Positions 38,800 to 49,582 of a DNA stretch of 64,000 bases are shown here, in pieces. This stretch comes from Yuukianura sp. NJ FZ-2021. Lineage: Eukaryota. The stretch's first letter is position 1. The number at the start of each line of letters is the position of its first letter. Both the position numbers and the translations under genes were made by a program. The notes beneath the pieces were generated by a model, which ran no database searches, was not told where the DNA came from, and saw nothing but the letters and a program-made list of their open reading frames with translations. The stretch is from NCBI GenBank assembly GCA_046563655.1, contig CM102283.1:7750001-7814000 (forward strand). Direction: 5' to 3'.

Positions 38800-39240
38800 A
38801 ATATAAAAAAAATGAGTAACTCTACTAATTCCTTCCAGCTTCAGTATAATTTCTAACAAAATGAACAATATAACCTGCCAAACTTACTTACGTTTTCTCT
38901 CTTTAGGTTAATCAGCGTTTTATACTGTAATTTATAAATAATAAATCATTAAACTAAACTTACACATAATAGGATTGATCTGTTTTTCAAACAAGCTATT
39001 GCGGAGAAGAAGTCTTATGAAGAATTTGAATGAATGTCTTAGCACAAACAATTAAAATGTAACAAAGCGTTTTTTTATATAAAAGACAAAGGCGTTCTCA
39101 TTATTTTTTATAACTAAATTAAGAAAATGTTTCGTTTTGTTGTTCCGTTACGTTCAGCTATTTGAAATATTAGTGTCTTTTCTTAAGACACAAAATTTTG
39201 AGGTTGCTGATTGATTGTTGAGAATTTTTGGTGAGTTTTT

Positions 39241-42088
39241 TTAGTTGTAGAGAAAGTTGAAGAGGATGAAAGCGGCGGGAGCCGTGACAAGCACAATGCT
39301 AGTCTGAATTTGGTTCGCAGCGCCTCGTCGGCGGGGTCGTGCAGTACATATTCCAGTCCCTGGTGGACAGAGTTGGCTTCGGCATTCGTATTTATGGTTA
39401 CATTTGGCGCCCACCTTTTTCAGATCACATTTGCCAGTATCTTCATACCATGTCAATTGGACCGATTGAGTCTTAGTTTCTTGTACTATTGCCGGGTGAT
39501 TTACTTGCGGAAGGCAAGCGCAAGTGAGTTTTCCAGTTGCATCCGCAACACAAGTAAGCGAAGTCAGCGTATCAACTCGGCAGGTATCTCCAAAACCTAG
39601 ATTCATTTTAAGAATTAATTCTACAATTTATAATTCAAAACCAGAACAAGAAGATTGACTATAAGCTTACGGCGATCACAGGCCTCCGTCCCATGGTTCA
39701 TCTTTGCGTCAATACAGTGTCCTTGCATGAAGTTCAAACCCTGGTCGCATTCACATTTTTCTTCGACGCAACGGAGCCCGGGACGCGAAGTGTTGTAATT
39801 TGCAGTCCCAGGAGGAGGGGCACATTCATCCACTCCTGTTGGAGTTTAAAAATTATTGCAGATCATTTGGCCATAACTTGAAGGAATCAGTTGTACTTGT
39901 AATATCCTTACCAGAATCCATGGCACAGGGATTACGGTGTAAATTGGGAATACACCCTCCGGTTCCATCCGGTTCATAAGACCAGATTTGTGGAAACCCA
40001 ACGGGGTTCTCACCGCATGCACATTTTCCGTTTTCATCACAGTGTTGTCCAGCACACAGATCATGATACAAAGTGTTGTCGAATTTACAGTTTTGTCCTG
40101 CTTTGAGCTTACATGCCTGAGCCCAATGTGCCCACTGGTATTGCTCACCGCAAGTACAAACCCCGTGCTCCTTGTTACACTGAAAGTTCTCTCCAAACGG
40201 ATTTCGACAAGCTCCGGTAACTAACAAAAATCACAATTCTTCAAACATGAACCAAGGTTATGACAGCGATGAGTCAAGGTTCACTTACCTATTCCAATGT
40301 TACAGGGCTGAATGGCGTCCTCAATTTCACAAGTTCCTTTATGCCACACATCCTTCCCCTGACAACGACATACACCATTGGTACACTTCAAGCCCGTCCC
40401 ACCCAAGCAGTCACCTAAAATTTGAAAAAAAAATACAGTATTCGAAGTTCAATTCCAATTACTATACAACAAAATAGAAACGGTAATAAAGATGACTCAC
40501 TGTCATCCTTGCATTTTGCACCATCTCCTCCTTGTCGGCGTGGAACACATTTCTTGGCCGCTGCGTCCCATCCAAACGTCTTGTACTTGCATCTACAAAC
40601 CAATTTACCACCTTCATCTACGCAGATCAACGAGGGGTCGGAGCATTCTGAAGAAAAAACAAACATGAGTAACGATGACTTTGCCCAGGGAAACTAATAC
40701 AATAGAATGCCGTACCCTGTTCGCCATCTCTTTTCCTGCATACTTCCCCAAAGTTCGGCAAATTGCTGCAGACCTTTTTCTCTTCGTCGTATACAGCGGG
40801 AAGAGCGCCGCAGCCGCACTTTCCCTCGTAACAGAGGAACTTGGCCAAACACTCTACAGAAAAAACAACGGCAACAATTACTTGTCGGTTATAAAGAAGG
40901 CTACTTATTAAGGTTTAGTTATATACACTAGATTCCAATTTGTCTATATCCATTCTCTACTTTAGTATATACATAAAGAACTTGTCACTAACGGTCATTG
41001 CTTGTACACTCTTCCCCAAGATCGCTTCCAACGCATTCCTTTATAACGTCGTCCCACTTGCGCTTTTTACCAGCGCAAGCACACTTTCCATCCACGCAAC
41101 TGAGTCCAGCTGCTGCTGAACATACTGTTGGAAGGAAATAAAAAGTTTCATCCAGAATTCCGAAACCAGCTAAGAAGTGAATGTGATGAATGATTTAACA
41201 TACGTTTACTAGGGCCACAAGGGTCGCCATGCAAAGCCTCGGTGCAATATTTTTTCTTTTCATTCCAATTCGGTTTCTCTGGAGGACAAGCGCATTTACT
41301 ACCCAAGCATGTACCGGTGATGCATTCTATACAAAAGACAGTAGTATTATCATTAAACAAGTGAAGCAGCTCATCTCAAATCAATTTGTTGTTGATAGTT
41401 TGTGATACAAAGAGTAACTCTTTGGTAATCTGATAACTCACGGATAGATTTTTTACACGCCTCGCCATATTGTAATTTCTCGCACCCGTTTCCTACATGT
41501 TTTGGTGTGTCCTCAGGGCACCGGCATGTATCCGGTTCATAGGGGTTGGACATAGGAGATGGACAAACAAAAGGGTTATAGCATGCTGAAAACAAATTTG
41601 AAACAACAGTATCATATGCCATTTGTATTAAAGTAAGATGTCCTGAATCGGTCTGTTGCAACCCCTTAACCATAAACATACAACGAGTCGACTTACGTTG
41701 AAGGTAGCTACAAAGTTCGCCATATTTCTTGACAGATGGAGGGCGTACACACGTGCCCTTGTTGTCCTTCTCGTCTACTGGTTTATAGGCACATTGGCAA
41801 CTATACGTTCCGGTGTCGTCGTCGACACAATGCATAAACAAGCTTGCATCACATTCCCTGAGCCAGAAGCCTAATTTATCCCCTGGATGCCCACCATAGT
41901 CTGCTATGTCTAGCATGCATTCCTGGGAAAAAATATACACATTATTCAAATGTACGTAAACGTCAGCAGCGTTTTGCGATAAGCCAAACCTCGTTGACTT
42001 TGTTGGCGTAGTACTTGTTCCGCCCATGGGCAATGTTCAATCCAATGATGAAGACATAGACGACGAATAAGGATGTGTGAGAGGTCAT
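39241..42088 (-). CDS. Cys-rich repeat (EB-module/EGF-like) surface protein A with signal peptide and C-terminal hydrophobic (GPI-like) tail; about 11 exons
   Basis: ATG at 42088 (MTSHTSLFVVYVFIIGLNIAHG). Exons 42088-41990, 41922-41697, 41585-41442, 41326-41204, then further phase-1 exons each encoding C..C..GKCxC....W....C....G..C. Last exon 39596-39241 ends RRRGAANQIQTSIVLVTAPAAFILFNFLYN. Confidence 0.85.
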
Positions 42089-43117
42089 GGTAGAAGTTCA
42101 CGTAAGAACAATGTAAGTTGATGAAGAACAGTTGACGCCTTACGACCTGTCACCTGAAAGAGCAAATGAAGACTGAACAAAGAAGAAAGAAGTGAACCCA
42201 AATGACTCAACTATTTGAGGGTCGCACAGGCAGCCACCACACAGTTTAAGAACAAACCTCGCCAGACATGGCCATCGTCATAGCAAAAATTCTTTTTCTT
42301 ACGTTAATTTTTTTTGAAAATATACGATATTTTTGAGAATATAAAAAATAATAATTTTGAAAATATATCCATAATAATTAAATATTATACTATATAATAT
42401 ACAGTGAGGGCCAGAAAAACCTCCACACTTCAAACGTAGCTTTTTGTTTATTTTGCTGAATTGTGGGGGGGGACGGTTTCAACAATAACCACAAAACGAT
42501 GGATTTGCATTAGATTTAAAATTAAAATAATATATAACGGTGTTACATTAAAATTTAAATTACACTGTGCCTGGATTAGGTACTTTAATATCATAACGAT
42601 TATCATAAAAGTATACTTTCTTAATACTAAAATTATAATTAAATTATAATTTATAAACTAAAATTTATCCCTAAAATGAGCTTACATAAATAAGTAATTC
42701 TACTGTCATATTTGCCAGCAGTTTTTGTTCACGATTTGATCAATTTGCCTAACTTCCTTCTTGTTCTAATTTTAGTTTTAATAATTTTTCCAAGAAATTT
42801 TTACGGAAAAGTACAAGTTGGGAAAGAGGTAACAATGAAGTTAGTGAATCAGCGTCTTTTAGGAAGAGCAATTAAAAGTTAAGCGTTTTTCTTGGACAAA
42901 GGACAATGCCAGGGTGTTGTCAAGTTGACATTGTCCACCCAAGCCAAATGACTCCAAAAGCCTAAAAAAAAGTACAAAATTGGGCTGACGATATGTTTTT
43001 CGGACAGTCCAGATTTGGAAATCGCTTCCGCTCAAACTTCTTCCAAGCCTATTGAATTCAACTTACTAACTAATCTAAAGTAAACTAACTAACTTAAAGT
43101 TGCTTAATTGAGCAATT

Positions 43118-43683
43118 ATGACCAAGGTGGCAACTGTCTTCGTCTGGGTCATTTTTGCACTGGGGTATTTCGTATTACCGAATCAGGCTGAAAAATGCAA
43201 TACAGCGGCAAATATCCCCGGACCCTACGGTTGCAAAACCCATTTGGAATTTTGGACGAAGCCAAATTCCCAAGGGTTTAGATACGGTAAGTGTGCCAAC
43301 TACTAAATTTTCTTAGCTTATTTAATTAAAGTAGCCTAACTCATAAAATAAAGTTAGGCATAATGATACAATCATATTAAAATCGGATTTAAAACGAAAC
43401 TTATTTTTTTGGTCTAGACCTGTTCTTGCCTGCTAACACGAAGAAGTGCTACGCACTGCCCTCGATAGACCAAGAACGGAATGACATGATGAGGACAGTA
43501 AAAACACCGATTTGTATCACAATCTTTTCACACCTTGGATGCGAGATGAGTGGTTATGTAGCTTTGAGAATGGATCCTACTAGTCCTTGTACCAAGGACT
43601 TCGACGTAGTTCCGACTTGCAGCAAGAGTACAGCCCCTGGCGTGCGCTGGTCCACAAGTATCTCAGCCATTAGACCATGCTAA
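43118..43683 (+). CDS. Small secreted beta/gamma-crystallin-like protein 1 (144 aa), 2 exons
   Basis: Exons 43118-43286 and 43418-43683. Signal peptide, then LEFWTKPNSQG, KCY, RNDMMRTVKT, CITIFSHLGC and SISAIRPC, resembling Greek-key F..PNFQG / ND..SS / ISS.R motifs. Confidence 0.8.
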
Positions 43684-44104
43684 CTTCTCATTCTAAAATG
43701 TCAAAGACAATACAAGGTCAAGTAGAAAGAACAGCATGGAAATGTTTCATGGATTTCAAAGTTTCAAGTAGTGAGGTCAAATAGTAAAAACACAGTAGTA
43801 AGTTTCAAGTAGTACGATCAAGTAGTAACTATTAGTAAAAATCACATGATGATTGTAGTTCTCCCAAAAATTGAAAGGTGCAATAAAATTAAAAATTAAC
43901 AAACTTTTAGTGTTAATTAATTTCCATAATTAAATAGTGGAGTCTCGTTAATTACAACGTTACTATTATAAGGTCAAATTGGTTTTGAAGTTAAAAGAAA
44001 GTGTGTTGCTCTATAAAAGTTTTATGTTTTTTAATTGTGAGTTGAGCATAAGGGCTTTGGAAATTTTATGTTGCCCTTTTTTTAGCGTAATGTTTCAATC
44101 GCTT

Positions 44105-46903
44105 TTAATGGAAGAGGACATTGGCAAGGATCCAGGCAACCGGGACCTTGAACGCCACGAGAGGCCGAATTCGGCTGCCAGCGCCAAATCGGCGCCTTGC
44201 TACTCCACAACGTGACGTGGACGGTTCACACCAACCACTTTTGCATTCGTATCCTCTGGCGCACCTTGACCCAGTGCTCTTCAGTTGACATTTCTTTTCA
44301 GAGGCATTCCATTCCATAGGTACCTTCACTCCTTTTGCAATACTGGGATCTATTTCGTATGGAAGGCAAAGACAAATGGATACTCCGTTTCCAGTATTGG
44401 TGCAAGTCAGCGAAGTCATAGGGTCAATTTGACACGTATTGCCAAAACCTAAACAATCAAAATCGTCATTAATGAACTTTACATTTCATATTTAGCGCCA
44501 CAAATTGTTTTAGAATATGTAATAATTTAGATTATATAATGTAAGGTTACGATCGTCGCAGTTCTCTTCTCCATAGGTCATGTTTGCCTTGATGCAGTAG
44601 CCAGATACGAAGGACAAACCACCTCCACATTGGCATTTTCCGTCGATACAAACGAGGCCTTGGCGGGAAGAATTGTAGTTACCAGGAGGGATACATTCTT
44701 CGGGTCCTGTAAGAGTAAATGAATGTTAAAGGTATGTCGTTACTTAGATATGTTGAACTTTGATGGAACACTCAAGTTTGTAGTGTATCATGCTTACCAC
44801 TTCCCTCATAGCAGGGACGATTGTAGTAGTTGAATATGCATCCATGTTCTGGTTCAGATGACCAAATTCGTTCCACCCCTTCAGGTGATTTAGGACATAC
44901 ACATTTCCCGTCTTCCTGAGCGCACTGTCCGCTAGCGCACAGGTCATGATGGTAAGTCTTATTTTGGACACAGTTTTCCCCTGCAATGAGTTTACATGCG
45001 TTGGCCCAGGACGCATACTCAGTGTTATTAGAACAAGTGCATAACTTTTCCTTCACATCGCAGCGCAAGTTTGCTCCTACTGGAACTTGGCAAGGGTCAG
45101 CTGAAATTTACAATCAAGTACAATAATACTCACAGTCTTTTTATCTCGTCGGTTGGTAGGATACAAATAGAACCAAATCGGTTGAATTTTACGTACGTTT
45201 TCGCTTTGGGTCACACTTTCTCATGCTAGTCTTTAATGCACATTTTCTTTCATGCCACAGTCGATCGGAAGCACAAGAACAGATTCCATTTGTACACATT
45301 AAGTCGGCCTGAGGATAGCAGTCATCTGTAGAAAGAAAGTACAAATTAACATATAAGAGCATGTGATAATTTGATGTTCGAGTGGTTTACCATGATCCTT
45401 GCAAGGTCCACCAGCTGATGCTGATGGCTTTGTAACGCAGGAAAAGTTCGCACTGTCCGGCTTCTGTGTTTTGAATTTGCATTGGCACGTTTTATCACCG
45501 CTTTGGCCATTACTGAGACATGCAAACGTGTCGTGAGAGCATTCTGGAGGAAAGTCTAATTTTAGTTACGATGACTACCAGAACAGAAGGAATACTAACC
45601 AGGGAAGTCATCTAAGCGTGGAACATAGGGTTCACAGTGTTCGCCATAGGTTGGTCGGTCCACGCATTCTATCAACTTGGCGTCGAACCTAGCTGGATGG
45701 TAGCACTCACACATGTTGCGTGGTGGAGAACATCTAAGCGTTCTCACACATTCTGCGTACGAACAACAAGAAACTCAACTGCTCAACAAGTGGATTAACT
45801 GTTAACGTTTCTTGATTTTGGCTACGTTCTGTCCAACGTAAGTCTAATTCTTTAGCTCACGGTTTTTGTCGTCGCAAGCCTTATCGTAACCTTGGCCACA
45901 TTCCTTATGATTGGCGTCCCAGTTTGGCTTATTTGCTATTGAGCACACACACTTTCCTCCAATGCAAGAAAGTCCTAAGTCGGTATAACATGCTGTTGTC
46001 CGGAAATCAAACAAAGTCTCTCCAGAATTCAAGTTGGTTGCATTCAAATTCAAAGTGTAAATGGTAGGAAAACTTACGTTTGTCGGCATTGTCACATGGT
46101 TCTCCATAATGCGCTCCTTCGCAACGTTTTTTCCGTGCATTCCAGTGAGGCCTATTTGCGGTGCATTCACACTTTCCCTTGGTGCACATTAAATTTGCTG
46201 CGCAATCTAGAGATTCCGTTAGAGATTATTAAGTATTCGAATTTAATTAACCTTAATCGACAAAGTTTCGATTTTGATTCGACGCCTTACCGTTAGCATT
46301 TTCAATACACGTGTCGCCGTAAGCACGTTTCAGGCAACTGCTTGTGGTGGCATTGTGAATTGGTCTGTCCCGTGGACACTCGCAATTTTCATTTTCATAG
46401 GGACGGTATGGACAAACATACGGATGACGGCATGCTAAGGAAGAAAAGAACGAACAATTAAACAAATTTTTGGAAGCACTAACAGCTTAATTGCTAAAAC
46501 TTACGACAAACTCTTTATCCTACATGTAAAAGCTAAAAAGAATAAGGTTACACTTACGTTCAAGGAAACTACATGGTTCGTCATAACTCTTGCTAGGCGG
46601 TGGAGGTAAACACTCATTGGCATTGTTCGGGTCGCCCATATACTCACATGTACACCTAAAAGTTGTGTCTTCTTGTTCCTTACACCGTAGAAACAGTCTT
46701 GGATCGCATTCCATGAGAATGAATCCCATTCTATAACCTACGTCATCCACGGCAGGGTCGTTACCCGAAACGGGCAAATCACGCCAACAAAGTTCACGGA
46801 TGTTCGTAAGGCTCCATTTGTAAGCATTTATAGGATCCTGCGCTCCGTCACCACCGTTAATCCCAAGGAGGAAGATTAGTGCATAGATGGTGTAAGAGGT
46901 CAT
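44105..46903 (-). CDS. Cys-rich repeat surface protein B (paralog of A); about 10 exons
   Basis: ATG at 46903 (MTSYTIYALIFLLGING). Colinear with A: WANACKLIAGENC..HHDLCA vs WAQACKLKAGQNC..YHDLCA, and GFGNTCQIDPMTSLTC vs GFGDTCRVDTLTSLTC. Last exon 44448-44105 ends RRRFGAGSRIRPLVAFKVPVAWILANVLFH. Confidence 0.85.
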
Positions 46904-47854
46904 GGTTGAATGTCAAGTGAGGAGAGTGCAGTGGTCAATGAACAGTTGACAACGTTTGATGACCCAATCAGCTGAGGAAACTTGTGAAGAGACAAAGAAT
47001 TCAGATTCAAAACACGTTTCTGTCTTTGCTTATGGGTGAAGTAACGACTGACGACCGCCATTGTAACCGCATTGTGTAGCACTACACACACCTTGTATAG
47101 TTTGTAGTTACAATAGGTGGCTACACCTATTGCGGCAACATTTGTACTAAGCAGAGCCTCGCCTGAAGTGACAACACAAGTAGTCGCATAGTGTAACCAT
47201 CTTGTAGCCTTAAAGTGGCTACACTGTGCGGCTACAATATAGGTAGTTAAAGCTTATATCAACTTCGTGTGTTATTGCAGCGTTGGTTGCCCAGGCAGCC
47301 ATCAAATTCATCATCCGCTTTACCTTCTCTGTCAGACACGGACATTTCGAAAGGTTTTCTTGTTTCTCCAAACATGTAATGTTTAACTTTAATGATGAAT
47401 TTTAACATAACTATTTAGTTTATTGGTTAGTGTTACTCTTTTAGTAATTTTATATTTAATATCAATCAGTTAAAGATTAAAACGCCGAAAAAATTGCAAA
47501 AATGCAACCCATGTATTTACAACTTCTGATTAGTCTATAAATACGTAGTTTTTTTTTCGCAATTTTTTACTAAAAGCATATTATGGAAAAGTACAAGTTG
47601 TGAAGAAGTTAACTAATCACCATTTTAGCAAGAACAATTAAAATTTAAGTTTTTTTCTTGGACAGAGAACAATGCAAAGGCGTCGTTTAGCGTCAAGTTG
47701 GTAAGTTGAAAGAGATTGCAAAACTTTGGTGTTGGAAACTTTGGTATCTCAGTTCAGATTTGTTTCCGCAACTGTTCCTTTCTTTCCTATTTTTCCATTT
47801 AAACTTTGTAATAACTTAAAACTTTAGCCGTAAAGAATTCTATTTTGAGAAATT

Positions 47855-48675
47855 ATGATCACGTTGCTAATTCTGTTAGGCGTGGCTTATTTCTTGGTGT
47901 ATTTGGTGTCATTTGGTAATGGAATGCCTTGCCCTGGTGGTGGGGATAAGTTCTATGGATGCACTAATCATTTTGAATTTTGGTCGGAGCCAAATTTCCA
48001 AGGGCTCAAGCACGGCAAGTACTTAAACATATTAATAATTGTCTCTGTTGAATTAATCCGTTTTGTTTTAATTTTAAGTTCAAAATAATGGAGGCGGTAT
48101 CGTTAAAACACTTTTTTTTTGTATGGGCGTTCGTATTTCGTACCCGTTTAGTATTTGGTAAAAAATTATAGCGGAGAATTTGCAAAAATTTAGCCTTTTT
48201 TTGATAAAAAAAAATTGTCCCAATTTTGCATGGTTAGTTTAAAAACACGAGTTACCGCTTGTTCTTACAAAAAGGCGTTTAAAACGGACGCAAACCTCAC
48301 ATTTCTTTTAGATTATTTAATAGATACATTTTAAGATTTCTTTGTTTTAGCACTTTTTAAAAATGTGTGCCATTTATGTTTGTAGAGCTGTACCTTCCTG
48401 CCACAAGTAATAAGTGCTACCCTGTGCCGATGGCAGCGCAGGATCCCAACTGGCCATACGACAGAAACGACATGTTACGATCTGGAAAAATAGCAACATG
48501 CATCAGAATTTATGGACAAGCGAACTGCGAGGAAAACAGCGGTAAACCACTAACAGTCAAACCCGGATCCCCTTGTCTCCGTGACCTCAACAAACCCGAA
48601 TGCAATGTAGGAGTAGCTCCTAATCAGTATTTGGGAAAAGACTTTTCATCTTTCAGATATGCCGACAATTGCTAA
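47855..48675 (+). CDS. Small secreted beta/gamma-crystallin-like protein 2 (149 aa), 2 exons, GC-AG intron
   Basis: Exons 47855-48014 and 48386-48675. FEFWSEPNFQG, NKCYP, RNDMLRSGKIATCIRIYGQANC, VKPGSPCLRDL, DFSSFRY. Paralog of 43118-43683. Confidence 0.8.
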
Positions 48676-48791
48676 AGTTTCATTCACCAAAATTCAAACT
48701 AAGCTGAGTTTAAAAATTGCACATTTTACCGTCAATTTGTAAGCCAGGGTTCCTTGACAACGAAAAATAAATTTTCTTTAAAAGGTTGAGT

Positions 48792-48900
48792 AGTATTACC
48801 AAGGTAACTAAACAAAATGACACACCGCGTTGTTACTAGAAAGCGCGCATAGAAAGCGCATGTGTATTTATGTTTAGTTACCTTGAGTATTACCAAGGTA
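48792..48900. repeat. Inverted/direct repeat knot (MITE-like fragment)
   Basis: Inverted pair caaggtaactaaaca ... tgtttagttaccttg, plus direct repeat agtattaccaaggta at 48792 and 48886. Confidence 0.55.
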
Positions 48901-49582
48901 AATAGAATACTAGAGGTAAGGTCCTTTAGGATTGTTTTTTTCAAAATATCGTTACTATGGGAATTTTTTCATCGAAATTAGCTCATTTACAGTGTTGTTC
49001 AACATTTTCATCATTTTAGCCTCAAAACTTTCTCTGTTAACTAAAAAATAACTTAAAAACTTTGATAAACCTGTATTTTCTCGGAATGACGTCACTGCGA
49101 GAGTTTGTTTACATTTCAAAAATCGGTTTTTGGTCGCTAGGACGTTTTTGCCACCACCTGGAGTATTACCTTCTTTTTTGACAAAAAAAAAACAAAAACA
49201 AAAATTGGTACCAATTCGTATACAAAAAAAAATTCGGCTGTATTGTTATGACTGCGATGCAATGAAATGAAGGACACTCTTTTTTGCAAAATCGAAAAAA
49301 AAAGATGAGGTATTACTCAACCTGTTCAAAAAAACCAGAGTCAACAAACCTTTGTGTAAATATTCATTCAGAAAATACAAAAAGATTTGGGTTAGGCAAA
49401 AGTTCTGGCAAAATTGAAAATATAAGACAAAATCTGAAAAATCTAAAAAAAAAAAAAGTTTGTTGCAAAACTAACGAGTTGTATTTTATTTTTAAAAAAT
49501 ATCAAAACTTAATAAGTAAATTTTGACTTTACATTAAAACGTTATGCTTAAGACATCGTTTTTTTTTGTCCATGTTTTGATT

